DNA from: Piedraia hortae CBS 480.64
Taxonomy: Eukaryota
Reading direction: 5' to 3'
Assembly: GCA_010093745.1 (NCBI GenBank)
Contig: MU005995.1
Location: 124,001-165,103 of the forward strand
Length of the DNA stretch: 41,103 nucleotides
The notes below the pieces were generated by a model, which did not search any database, was not told the DNA's origin, and saw nothing but the letters and a program-made list of their open reading frames with translations. Both the position numbers and the translations under genes were made by a program. Shown piece after piece: positions 21,886 to 32,929 of this stretch (its first letter is position 1; every line of letters begins with the position of its first letter).

Positions 21886-24719
21886 GCGTGCTGTCACATG
21901 GTTCATCAGGGAGTGCTATACAGTATCAAGGTAGGTAGCTCTTGTCGATCCGACATTGGGGTTTAATCAATCATGCTACAAGAGTCCGATTTTCAATATT
22001 CACCTGTAAAATTTCGTTAACGGGTGTTCCTGTGTGCTTTAAAGAAGAACCTACTTTGAAGATAATGTTTGTCAACCAACCTGGCGTTTGTCGAGTGAAC
22101 CGTAGGAAAATCGTGTCAGCTTCTAATCTGAAAACCTTCACTTTTCTATATTATCTATGCTTCACGCGAACAATCAAGGCAAATAAGGTAATTGTGTCAG
22201 GGCTTCTTATCCTGATCAAAGTAGAGAGCGTGGCAAATGATGTGATACGTAGATGTATGTTGTGTCTAGATAGGTTACATCGGCCGATCTTCGATAACTA
22301 CTACGAGGCGGTGGCATAATGTCGATCCTTGCCGGTGCCTCGGCATGTCGATCGTATGATCGACATTTTTGTCGCTAAAGATTAGTCGTTTTCTTGTATA
22401 TAGTTCCGCCCGCCGGCTCGGGCGGGCAGTCGCGTTGTCTTTCTTTCATCGCTGTTTCCTGTCCACACCAGTGATAATTACGCCAAGGAGCATAGAGGTT
22501 CGACGATCCTGACGTGTTCTGCTTCCATCTCGAAAATTGTTTCGGAAAATATGGAGCAGTTAACACGTAGGAGGTTGGCGGCAGTAAATCCGTTGATCTA
22601 CCAGGATTAGCCTAGATCAAAGCTGCGAGTCTTATGTACTATCATTCAACAGACTCTCTGATTATTGCGATGGCTCCCATCTAATAAGAATAGCAACTAC
22701 TTTTCCCAACGAGTATATCTACCATGGTTGCATTAATGCGCAAAGCTGACATCACAGCAATGTCATCAACCAACATGAACTACACATTTGTTCGCAGCAG
22801 CAAAACAGAGTTGGACCATGGGAGATTGAAAGCCAAACCTCGATAGAGCGTATCGATCTGGCTCAAGGTTTGACTTTGTTCGCTATATGAAGAATCCGCT
22901 GAACTTAGATATCTATCGATGCCAGACGAGGATGCTGACAGTCCCTCATCCACTCTTCCGTCTCCTCATCGACATAACGCCTACCCCCATCCACGCCCTC
23001 TTCCTCCTCCTCCTCCTCGTCGCTTGCAAAATAAAACCTCCGCCACTCCTTCCACACCACAATTGCCATTAACCTGCCCTCAGCTCCCCAGCTAAAGTAA
23101 CCACAGGCGATTTTTTTTGAACCCACTTGCTCACATAAGGCGACTACCATCTCCTTGGATCGTGTCGCCACACAAGCTCACCCAGTGAGATCCGCTCTTC
23201 GCGCGAAAAGATACTGCTCTGCGGTGGAGGGAAGGGTTGTTCCACTCAGCTGTACCCGTTCAGTTGAATATCCTGGGTTGTCCGCGTAGAGCGAAAAGCT
23301 CGAACAAAAAAATCGAGAAGCGTTATGTCCCACTAGTCAGCAAAAGGTTGATTGCCGCATCCCTCCGCGAAACAGCTTGCGTAGCCAAGCTCATGGCACC
23401 AATACAGTCGAGTGAAGCAAAAGAAGTTCTGCCACTAACAAGAGAAAACCGTGACGCCCCAATTTCAGATCGCAAACAGTGACAATCTGATGCGGAGATG
23501 GCTGTATATCCAGTCCTATCACCTCGTCGCTCGGCGTGGCGGTCCTCGGTCCGGTATCCGCAGCATCGTTCGATCTCTCCACCAAGACAGAAAACAGACG
23601 GCCATAGTGTAGATACTCTTTCTCTTGTGGCCAGGTGCCTTTGTCGAAAGGCTTCTACCCACTTGATCTGTCAATCGCCCTTGGCACATCTGGTTGAAGA
23701 TGCGAACAGATCATGCATGCAAACGCCACAGGGTTAGAGTACTTGTGTTATCTCACCACTAGCGTCGTGTACTCTTTCAGACATCTCTTCCATTCCCACA
23801 ACCACTTTTTGCTCCCCTTGGATTTTCGGAAGTTTGGACTTAACAGGATTAGCGGGGAGGATGGCCTGCATCGTGGCCTCCGGATTGGTATGGTTCTAAT
23901 GACTGAGGGTCAAGTTTGCAACCCATTCCGATGGGGTCCGATATGACGTGAGCTATGGCATCACACGCAGTCGAACCGCTATCTCCCTGCTGTTGCCTCC
24001 CTTGACGTACGACCACACAAAAGGAACCCGATCAGCCAGAAGACAAAACGACTGATTGCTGAAGTTTTCTGCCAGGATGACGGCAGTGCAGGGAGCAAAA
24101 TTGATTAGCAAAACTGATTAGTTGAGACCGCAGCACGGAGGAGCGCTTGCAGGTTTTGATCTGAGAAATTGCGAGTCTAAACTCACTTCCCTTTCCAAAA
24201 AAGTGGGATTATTTCCGGCAACCACATTCTGTTGGAAAGGGGGCAGGCTCAGCGACGGGCTTCGCTTTGGAGATTTTGGCAGGCCTAGCGAAACGCCTAG
24301 TTCTTCGCTTTGGGTGCCGAGATGTCTTCAGGAAGGTCTCTCGTCGCATGGCTGTTCCATGGGTTTAGTTCACCAGGCGCCTGCGTACCCGGTGCAGATA
24401 TGTAGTAGGCCCAGCCGTCGCATGGTTGTCTCATGGAACTGGTTCGCGAGTACTCAGTGCAAGAGTCCATGAGCACATGGCCTCCAGCTTCAGATCATTC
24501 CCTTCTCAAAGCTGGACTTTGCGTGTCATGTCACAAAGGCTTGTATCTACAGTTAATGTAGAGGTAGAAATGTAAACAGATGAAGAACAAGCGGGACAAG
24601 TTTACTGTGGGGTCTTGGCCCAGCGGGCCGCGTTTAGCTTAGCTGGTGTGCACATAATCCCTGCACGAACGCTGCGGTCGAAACAGTTTTGTGGGTAGCA
24701 ACAAGGCTGCTGAAACATG

Positions 24720-25700
24720 AAATGGAAGATAATGCGAAGTTGAAGTCAGAATACGTTAGGGGTCGCGCGGCGGGAGTAAGGTTGACGTCCCAAGAGACAA
24801 AGTCGATACGCCTGAAAAAGAGAAAAACTAGATACAAGAAGGGCGCGACCAGTTTATATGGGGCAAGCCTTTTTGGCCCGGAGCAGGAGAAACCTGATAC
24901 CCCTTTTATTACAATCCCAAACTCCAAGCCAAACCCCCCATCGGTCCTCCGTCTGGTACCGAGCACGGTATATGAGACCGCCTCGAGACGTGCAAGAGTC
25001 TATCAAGCCCTATGTACAAAGAAAACTGAACTTAGGAACCAGAAACAAACGAGGGGCCATGCGGGGTTCATAATATACGAAGAGCTTAAACAGGAAGGCT
25101 GGGACTGGATGACACAGCCACCACCCCCTGGATGTTACTTCCAAGTGGCATGCCATTCCGGCCTCTATTACAGTATACCTTGTCTTGGTTCCACCATGCC
25201 CCATTGTTGTGCAGGGCGGGGAAGACCGCTCCAGTCAAATTACATTCTCGGTAGTCAGTCTTGACTTCTCTAGCTTGATTGAAGACTCTCTCGCAAGTAT
25301 TTGAAGTCGGCGGTATCCATTCAAGGTTGTCGTAAATTTTGGCTGCCACCTTTAGCTTCTTCTGAGTATTACGAAAATGTTATATGTTGGGCGTTTGCTT
25401 GGATGATCGAGAGAGATCTTCCGTTGCTTGCCCGTGGCCTGTGTCGCAGTGCGAGACACCTTCGAGGTCCTCACCGGAAATTTTCAAATCCTGGAGTTTA
25501 GCTGGGCAGCGAGTCAGACGCTTCGGCCTCATCCTGACCTGTCCGCACCGAAATGCCAACGAAGTAGTCTTCCATAAAAATCTATCTGCACTGTCCCAAC
25601 ATCGTGAACCAGACTGGTCATCCTACTCACAAGGAGAAGAGCAAAGCACAAGCAGTATAGACAACACAGTAAATAACCCATCGCCATCTATCTACACATT
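24720..25700. pseudogene. Cluster of decayed hAT-like transposase fragments on both strands
   Basis: Best piece is on the minus strand at ~25349-25247: YDNLEWIPPTSNTCERVFNQAREV, the hAT C-terminal dimerisation motif (TSxxxERxFS). Weaker plus-strand pieces are LTSQETKSI...LRLVPSTVYETASRRARV and ENVICWAFAWMIERDLP...RFGLIL. Confidence 0.55.
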
Positions 25701-25945
25701 TTGTCTTGTCTTCAAGGATGCAGTTCTCTCTGCAGTCCTCACTTCTAGCCCAGATCCCAACTCCTCCTCGCCCATCACGATCGTCGCTAACCTCAAACTT
25801 GCAGGCAGCAGTTTTCAGTGCATGCAATGGGATATTGGACTTTTCAGTGCGCATTGCACTCTCTCTGGGTTTTCGGTCTCGCGCATCACACGCTTCTAGG
25901 CCTTACGGATCCTACCAGCAGCCACAACCCCAACCCACCCACTCT

Positions 25946-26065
25946 CCCATCCCATTCCATCCCATCCCATTCCATCCCATCCCATTCCATCCCATCCCAT
26001 TCCATCCCATCCCATTCCATCCCATCCCATTCCATCCCATCCCATTCCATCCCATCCCATTCCAT
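25946..26065 (+). repeat. Perfect minisatellite (CCCATCCCATTCCAT)x8
   Basis: 24 consecutive YCCAT pentamers in a strict CCCAT-CCCAT-TCCAT order. Confidence 0.97.
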
Positions 26066-26328
26066 TCCTCTCCCACCTCCCACCTCATAACATCTTGCAC
26101 AGCCCGTGGGTTCAACAACCAGCCTCACAACCGCCTTTCAGCTGATGGCGTACCCGCAGATTGCACGTCGGGAATATTCACCATCGGTTTGCAAATCAGG
26201 GGGCGCGAGGGGAGAGTACGATTTTGTTCTGAAGGGAGCGGGAGGTGAGGTGACGTTTTCGCGGATAGGTGCATATAAGAAAGATAGAAGATAGGTGGGA
26301 TGGAATAAGCGGTCTTATACCAAGGATA

Positions 26329-26698
26329 TGTAGCGATAGGACTCCCGTGGATGGGAGTGCGCAGCGGCCCGAAGTAGGAGGACGTAGCGATGGACGAAGA
26401 TCAACGACAGGGACAGGAAAAAGACGCAGGTGGATAGGAGTCAATACCAGTGTCGATATGACAGTGTGAGTGACTGTCTTTCAACGAGGGGACGTCAGAA
26501 TAGATATTCTGTACCGGTGGGCCGGTAACGTCACGTCGTACACTAGCAGGGCGCATTCGCCATGTCACATATGACATGACCCTGAGGGAAACCTCTGTGC
26601 GGGAAAAACCTAGGGTGCAGCCGGTAGTGTAGGGAGTATAGCTGACTTGCTGTGCAAGTGTCCCGCATACGCGCTAGCGGCGATGTTTGACTCTAACA
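26329..26698. mobile_element. Solo LTR of an LTR retrotransposon (370 bp) with 5-bp target-site duplication GGATA
   Basis: Begins TGTAG and ends CTAACA. Flanked by GGATA at 26324-26328 and 26699-26703. The homologous copy at 40789 starts at the same TGTAG boundary. Confidence 0.9.
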
Positions 26699-26849
26699 GG
26701 ATATAGTGCGGGGCTCAACGAAATTCAAATTGAAGAACCGGCGAGCGGCACTCGCAGGGACACGGCGATAGAGAACTCGTACGCACCCGTCCTTCGAAAC
26801 CAGAGACTTCCCCTATCACCATAAAAGTATCTCCCATACAAGATATTCC

Positions 26850-29800
26850 TCACCACAAAGCCTCCGGCACATCCCTCTCCTTCCCCTTCTTCCCCTCCTC
26901 CACAACCGGCGGAGCAGGCACATCCACCACCGCCTCCCACTTCATTCCAATATACGCATCACTCACCACCTCAACTTTCACCCTCCTCTTCTTCGGCATT
27001 GCTTGCGGGGGGAGCCTCATAACTGTTTTAATAGTCAGCCCCTCCCTAGCCGGAGCCTTCCCCTTCCCATTGGCCGGAAACCCACCCCAACTAACCCTCC
27101 TCAACCCCAGCACCTCTCCCGTCTCCAGATCCTCAAGGAGAACAAAAAACCCCTCCGTCTGGGGTTTATTGAATCTCGGCGCGTAGACACTTATCCCCTC
27201 CCCCGAGCCAGCGGGATGGTTGAGTCGTTTGATTGAGATGGTGAGTTTATGCGTCTGCACGAGCGGGACTTTGACGCTCAACTTCGGCAGCTTCTCAACC
27301 CCCCTCATCACAGGCCCCTGCTCACGAACACCCATTTGCGTGAGCAAATCTCCCAACTCCTTTTTGGACAGCTCCGTAATTTCAATCAAACTCCCCCCCA
27401 TCTGATTTTGTGTACGATTTTTGGGATCCACCCCGGGGAAGATTGATAACGGACAATCCCCCTCCCACCGCGCACTCTTCACACACTGCAGCAGGGCAAT
27501 CATCTCCCTACAACGGTCTATCCGATCCAATTCCGCGGAGAGATCAACACCCGCTTGAATGACACGAATAATCTGATCGAGCACGGAGTTTTGATCGCCG
27601 ATATAGTCTGATATCGGGAGGTCGATGCGTTCGAAATGGGCTTGGAGCAGGAGAAAGGTTTTTACGTGCGGGGACCAGAGGGGTAGGCCTAGGGGTTCGG
27701 CGGGGAGGGGAAGGGATCTTGAGAGTTGGGTGTTGATGAGATCTTCGTTGTGGCGGACGGGGAGGTCGTTAAATTCTGTGGAGAGGGAGAGGGATGTTAG
27801 GGCGTGAGATATGTCCATGGCGGTGGAGGGTGTGTTGGTTTGCGGACTGCCGTCCTGCATTGTTCTGTTGTAGAGCATTCTGATGGTTTGATGGGCGAGG
27901 TAATAGTAGCTCATGATTTTGCCGAGGGGGGTGGAGTGGATGTTCCCCTCGTGGACTTCGACGCAGCGAGAGGTGAGAAGCTCGGAGAGGGAGTTGTCGA
28001 CTAGATCGACTATGAATTGGTTTGCGGATTGTTCGGGCGAAATGTCTTCTGGGAGCTGGAGGCCGTAAAAGGAGGGGTTCTTATGCAGACGTCGGAAGAA
28101 GAATGTCATGGAGAGGTAATCCAGCGCTTCCTGCTTCGTGGTCACTGTGCCCGCGGCGACTTCTGCCGCTAAATGGTTGTCAAAGACAGTGTGTAGAGAC
28201 GACTCTACGGGGAAGCCAGTGTGCAAGAAGTGCTTGTAAAACGCCTTCTTCGCGTCTTGGGTAAAGATTTTGGCTACGCCGGAGGTGTCGAATTGAGGTC
28301 TGCCGGCTCGACCGAGCATCTGTAGTACATCTGTGAGGTCCATGTCTTTGTATCCCTCAGTTTTGGCGTCGAAGAACTGCGTCCCTTTGACGATGACAAG
28401 GTGAGCCGGGAGGTTAACACCCCATGCAAGCGTGCTTGTTGCGATGAGGATCTGGATTTTGTTATGGGCAAAAAGCTCTTCGGCCAGTTGACGGTCGGAT
28501 TCAACTAGACCTGCATGATGTAGTCCGATACCAAAGCTGATGGCTTCACGAAGAGCATCGTCTTTAACTCGGGAGAGATGGAGGGCTAGGTCCTCTTCAG
28601 GCATACGCATAAACCGACGCGGGTTGTCTTCCATTCCGCAAAAGTTGATCAAATCCCGCGCGGTAAGGCGGGTTTGTCTCCTTGAAGCGACAAAGACGAT
28701 GACCGGTTTCTCCGGAGAGTGTTCTTTGATCGCCAAAAAGGTTGGACGATTCATGCTTTGCATCAGTGGGCAAAACCCCCGTTGTTCAGGGAATCCATCA
28801 ATGTATATCTCCAATGGCACAGGTCTGACAGAATGGCGAAAGTTGAACAATCCCTCTTTGACGCCGAGCCAATTCGCTAGATCAGTGGCATTCGCACAGG
28901 CAGTGGACATGCCGACGAGACGCACCGAGCTCTTCTTCTGCCATGCAATGTAATTCATACGACTGACGATGATTTCCAGAATCGGCCCTCTGTCGCCACC
29001 GAGGAGATGAATCTCATCGATGATAACCAGACTGACCTTTTGCACATAGTTCCGCGTCTGCCAACTACGACTGATGCCGTCCCATTTCTCGGGTGTGGTG
29101 ATGATAATGTCTGCATCTTGTATGGTGCGTGTATCTGGCGTGTTATCACCCGTCAGCTCGACCAGCTTAAGCCCCATGGGTCTGACCAAGCGTTTATTCC
29201 AGTCTTCAACACGTTCACGCACGAGAGCTTTCATCGGAGCAATATAGACGACTTTGCTGCCGGGCTTATCGCGTAAGGCTTGCCACATTGCCAGTTCCGC
29301 CGCTACCGTCTTTCCCGAGCCTGTAGGTGATCCCAATAGCACATTGGAAGAGGTGTAGTACATGCAATGAAACAGCTGGGTTTGCATGGGATTGAAATAC
29401 TGAAATCTCTGCCCATATATTTCCTCGAGCAGATCATTCTTGAGGGCTTTAATCGGCAACGGATGAAGATTTAGCAGATCCGTGTAAACGCTCTCCGTAT
29501 CGGGGCGGATGAGATGCTGGAATGAAACCGCATGCACCGTCTCGGCACCCAACCATCTGTCACTGACGGCGCGCACATAAATCTGAGAAGGCAATGGGTC
29601 AGAGAGCGGAATTGTAAAATTCAGCTCGTGATCATCGTGAAGCTTCTTGCGGTTGAGAATGAAAAACTCGTGATGATAAATCTCACTTGATTCCGAGTTC
29701 TCAGCCCAAATCCAGTAGCTTTCGCTCGTGCCGTGATGGCGATCGTTCCAGATGAAGTCCGGCGTAATGAACAGCTTGATCCTTAACACATCTCTGTTCA

Positions 29801-32768
29801 ACGGTGCCATTTCCGCTTCAATCGAGAGTGTCGGAAAATTATCCAGCAACTTCGAAATCGTCCCACCGAGTTTATGATTATGCACTAGACTGCCAATCTC
29901 TCCAGCCTCCATATCCCTTAGCGACCTGACGGACGTCGTAGAGCTCTTACTCTCCAACTGTCGAAGAACAGGGTGTGGAAGATCAAACTGTCGCAAGGGA
30001 TGTTCAGTCCACCACAACCTTTTCTCAATACTCTTGCAGAGGTCAAGCAGGACGAGACATTGATAGCCCCATCGCCTGTTGAGAGCAATCATGAACAAGG
30101 CCCTAGCAATACGGGCAGCGTTCTGGGCAACATACGCCATGTCACTAACAAGCGTAAAATCCTCCAGACGCGCCTGCGAAATGTGCGCTTGAAGCAGCAC
30201 GTTGGTCTTTGCTTGCTTGTCATCAGTACGGGGTGGGATCTTGCACGGCGCAATATCTCTTAGCCGTTTCAGCTCCGATTCTTCCGACTCTCGAGCTTGG
30301 ATGTTAGCAAACTCGCCAGACATGGCCAGCATGGCTAAGATTTCGTCTTCGGTGGACCTCTGATTCATCTTCTGATTGAAAACTTCAATACTGGCTTGTG
30401 AGACGTAGAATTGACTGGCGATGCGGCCAACGTCTTTTGCACGAAGCTCTTCCGTGATCTCGTTGAAGATTATCATCTGGCTCTGCTGCAGAGTTCGAGC
30501 AGCTTTGACTATAAGCTCTCTCCGCCGCTGCACGAGGTTCGGGTCGTTTTGAATTTCCGACCATTCAATGCCATATACTGTTGGATTGTGTCGCATGCGC
30601 ACATACAGGTAGCTGTATCCCAACCAAGTGATCGCTTCAGTGATGCTGGTCACAGTGCCCAGACTGATCTCAGCGTTCAGATTATCCACAAGCTTCCGAC
30701 TGAACTGCGACTCTATGGGTTGCTGCTGCGTGACCGCATTCAGATAATGCTGCAGCTTGTCATGGGTAGTAATAATCATACCAATACCCGTGTCCTGGAA
30801 CTGAGGACGACCCGCACGGCCAAAAATCTGCAGCACATCAAGGATGCCAAGATCGACAAATTTACCCGCTTCAGCACTGTACAGCTGAGTCCCCTTGATA
30901 ATAACAGCAGCAGCAGGCAAGTTCACACCCCACGCAAGCGTAGCCGTACAACATAACACCCTCAACAACCCAGCCCCGAACAACCTCTCCACAAAGTTCC
31001 GATCCGACCGAGCCATTCCGGCATGGTGTGTCCCAATTACCTTGGTAACAAGGTCTCTAATCTCCCTACTCTTCGAACTCTTCACATCCCGCATAGCATT
31101 AGTATATCCCTCAATGCCAGACGTATCGAACAGATCCTCAACGCCTTCATCAGCAGCCATGTCCAGCAACTGCCTCGCGGTCTTGTACGTATCCTTTCGA
31201 CTGTGCACAAACACCATAACCTGATGTCCTGCCTCCAACATCTCTTTTACCTTCTGAAACGCCACAACCTCCATATTCTCTCTGCACACCTTCGCCGGCT
31301 TGCCTTTAATCCCAAGGAAATGCTGTTCGAGCGGCACCGGACGGAACGACTGGTCAAAGTAAAACAGCCCAGCCATGCAATTAACCTTCAAGAAGTCTGC
31401 AACATCCACAAAATTAGGCAGAGTAGCGCTCAACCCAACAATCCGGATCAGGGATTGGGTACTCTCAACCTGCCTCTCCGTCCTCGCGACAAGCGATTCC
31501 AGGACCGCACCACGCTCATCATGAAGCATATGCACCTCATCAATAATCAGCAGGCGGACTTTCTGCACAAGCTCTGTATCACCCGTACTCTTGCGTGTCA
31601 CGACATCCCACTTCTCCGGCGTCGTGACGATGATCTGCGTAGCTACAATCTCAGCTTTTGTGAGCTGCATATCGCCCGTCAGTTCTCTGACTTTAATCCC
31701 CAGCCACGCGAGCCTTTTGCCTAGTTTCTCCGTAACTTCCGCCGCGAGGGCCTTCATCGGCGCGACGTATACAATTTTGAAATCATCGAGATGCGCAGCA
31801 AACTCGACGGCATCGGGGTTCTCGATCGGATTAGGGTGGATGCATTTCGCGACGGTGTTGAGGATTGTGAGCATCGCTGCGTCGGTTTTTCCCGCGCCGG
31901 TGGGGGCACATATGAGCATGTTTTCGCTTGTCTGGTACGCTACGGGGTAGACGAGGCTTTGCATACGGTTTAGAGTCTCGTAGCCTTTGAATGTCTCCCG
32001 GCATAGGCCGTCTAGGTCTTTGATCCGGACGAGTTTCTGCTGCTGGGCGAGCGTGCCGATTTTAGTGGCGGGGATGCTGTACTCTTCGTAGCGGGAGTGT
32101 TCGGTCCGTTCGCTGCCCGCGGGGAGGAGATATGCCCTGCCTTGTGGCGAGAGGACATTGGCAGCGTTATGTGCGCGATAGACGTGGGGGTACTGTTCCT
32201 CTGTCCGTGTTTGGGCGGGTGCGAGGAGGGCATTTTTGTGTGCGCGATCTGCTTGGCGGAGGCGCTCATCTCTCTCTGCGCGTGACAACAACTTATTACC
32301 CGTCTGCGGCTCCTCGACTAATCTCTTCCGATTCTGGATGATATCCCCCACGAGATCCAAGTGATCGAAACCTACCAGATCCGCCAGGGTCATCTGCAGA
32401 GCATCATCACTGTCGTTTGAAGAGAGGATCTCCAGAATTTGATTCAGCAGTACGTCGGGGTAGATCATGTTGCCCGCGCGTGAGACGACTTCGCATTGCG
32501 TTTGGAGCCATTGGCGAGATCCCACGCCGGTAGCTGCAGGGGGCTCAGACTCTGATTGACAGTCTTCAACTCTGTCATAGTCTTCCTCGTCTCCAGTCTC
32601 GCTAATCAGGTCCCAGAAATCATCTACTGGTGAGCCACCGTAATCCCACTCCAGATCCTCTTTTTCCTGCATTCCAGTAGGGGTGATTCCCAACTCCGCG
32701 ATCATGGCGCGCATGGTGTTTAGCTGATTGAGCCATTCCGTGGCAGCCTTGTCTGTGATCGGCGACAT
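26850..32768 (-). CDS. slh1: Ski2-like double-cassette helicase Slh1/ASCC3 (ribosome quality control trigger), 1972 aa
   Basis: Two helicase cassettes, both with intact motifs (APTGAGKT/DEVH/GRAGRPQ and SPTGSGKT/DEIH/GRAGRPQ), each followed by a Sec63-like region. Two intact cassettes favour Slh1 over Brr2. Start at MSPITDK. Confidence 0.92.
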   Translation of the reverse strand: MSPITDKAATEWLNQLNTMRAMIAELGITPTGMQEKEDLEWDYGGSPVDDFWDLISETGDEEDYDRVEDCQSESEPPAATGVGSRQWLQTQCEVVSRAGNMIYPDVLLNQILEILSSNDSDDALQMTLADLVGFDHLDLVGDIIQNRKRLVEEPQTGNKLLSRAERDERLRQADRAHKNALLAPAQTRTEEQYPHVYRAHNAANVLSPQGRAYLLPAGSERTEHSRYEEYSIPATKIGTLAQQQKLVRIKDLDGLCRETFKGYETLNRMQSLVYPVAYQTSENMLICAPTGAGKTDAAMLTILNTVAKCIHPNPIENPDAVEFAAHLDDFKIVYVAPMKALAAEVTEKLGKRLAWLGIKVRELTGDMQLTKAEIVATQIIVTTPEKWDVVTRKSTGDTELVQKVRLLIIDEVHMLHDERGAVLESLVARTERQVESTQSLIRIVGLSATLPNFVDVADFLKVNCMAGLFYFDQSFRPVPLEQHFLGIKGKPAKVCRENMEVVAFQKVKEMLEAGHQVMVFVHSRKDTYKTARQLLDMAADEGVEDLFDTSGIEGYTNAMRDVKSSKSREIRDLVTKVIGTHHAGMARSDRNFVERLFGAGLLRVLCCTATLAWGVNLPAAAVIIKGTQLYSAEAGKFVDLGILDVLQIFGRAGRPQFQDTGIGMIITTHDKLQHYLNAVTQQQPIESQFSRKLVDNLNAEISLGTVTSITEAITWLGYSYLYVRMRHNPTVYGIEWSEIQNDPNLVQRRRELIVKAARTLQQSQMIIFNEITEELRAKDVGRIASQFYVSQASIEVFNQKMNQRSTEDEILAMLAMSGEFANIQARESEESELKRLRDIAPCKIPPRTDDKQAKTNVLLQAHISQARLEDFTLVSDMAYVAQNAARIARALFMIALNRRWGYQCLVLLDLCKSIEKRLWWTEHPLRQFDLPHPVLRQLESKSSTTSVRSLRDMEAGEIGSLVHNHKLGGTISKLLDNFPTLSIEAEMAPLNRDVLRIKLFITPDFIWNDRHHGTSESYWIWAENSESSEIYHHEFFILNRKKLHDDHELNFTIPLSDPLPSQIYVRAVSDRWLGAETVHAVSFQHLIRPDTESVYTDLLNLHPLPIKALKNDLLEEIYGQRFQYFNPMQTQLFHCMYYTSSNVLLGSPTGSGKTVAAELAMWQALRDKPGSKVVYIAPMKALVRERVEDWNKRLVRPMGLKLVELTGDNTPDTRTIQDADIIITTPEKWDGISRSWQTRNYVQKVSLVIIDEIHLLGGDRGPILEIIVSRMNYIAWQKKSSVRLVGMSTACANATDLANWLGVKEGLFNFRHSVRPVPLEIYIDGFPEQRGFCPLMQSMNRPTFLAIKEHSPEKPVIVFVASRRQTRLTARDLINFCGMEDNPRRFMRMPEEDLALHLSRVKDDALREAISFGIGLHHAGLVESDRQLAEELFAHNKIQILIATSTLAWGVNLPAHLVIVKGTQFFDAKTEGYKDMDLTDVLQMLGRAGRPQFDTSGVAKIFTQDAKKAFYKHFLHTGFPVESSLHTVFDNHLAAEVAAGTVTTKQEALDYLSMTFFFRRLHKNPSFYGLQLPEDISPEQSANQFIVDLVDNSLSELLTSRCVEVHEGNIHSTPLGKIMSYYYLAHQTIRMLYNRTMQDGSPQTNTPSTAMDISHALTSLSLSTEFNDLPVRHNEDLINTQLSRSLPLPAEPLGLPLWSPHVKTFLLLQAHFERIDLPISDYIGDQNSVLDQIIRVIQAGVDLSAELDRIDRCREMIALLQCVKSARWEGDCPLSIFPGVDPKNRTQNQMGGSLIEITELSKKELGDLLTQMGVREQGPVMRGVEKLPKLSVKVPLVQTHKLTISIKRLNHPAGSGEGISVYAPRFNKPQTEGFFVLLEDLETGEVLGLRRVSWGGFPANGKGKAPAREGLTIKTVMRLPPQAMPKKRRVKVEVVSDAYIGMKWEAVVDVPAPPVVEEGKKGKERDVPEALW

Positions 32769-32929
32769 GTTAAATGTAAGCCTGGGTGTGCAGAAGGTGC
32801 AGAAGGTAAGTTGTGGGGTTGCCCTGCCCCGCAATCAGCCACACCCCCACAGTGTCTGTGCGATCTGGGGTTTGACACGTGGCTGTGCGACAACATGCCA
32901 ACGGTTGGGGCAGAGCTCTTGTTATCAAA

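Noticed and set aside
20512..21906. 464-aa antisense ORF and Cys-rich antisense ORFs (21228-21485)
   Set aside because: Shadow frames of the GQHP/GQN repeat, which lacks stop codons on the opposite strand.
22880..24500. Short ORFs including an acidic EEEEEEE stretch (22905-23171)
   Set aside because: Possibly pseudogene debris, but no family motif or consistent exon model could be supported.
25946..26065. CRISPR array or telomeric repeat
   Set aside because: There are no spacers, the unit is not TTAGGG-like, and the context is eukaryotic and interstitial.
25706..26248. ORFs with PFHPI/SHSIP/MEWDG/NGMGW repeats
   Set aside because: Translations of the 15-bp satellite with no other coding evidence.
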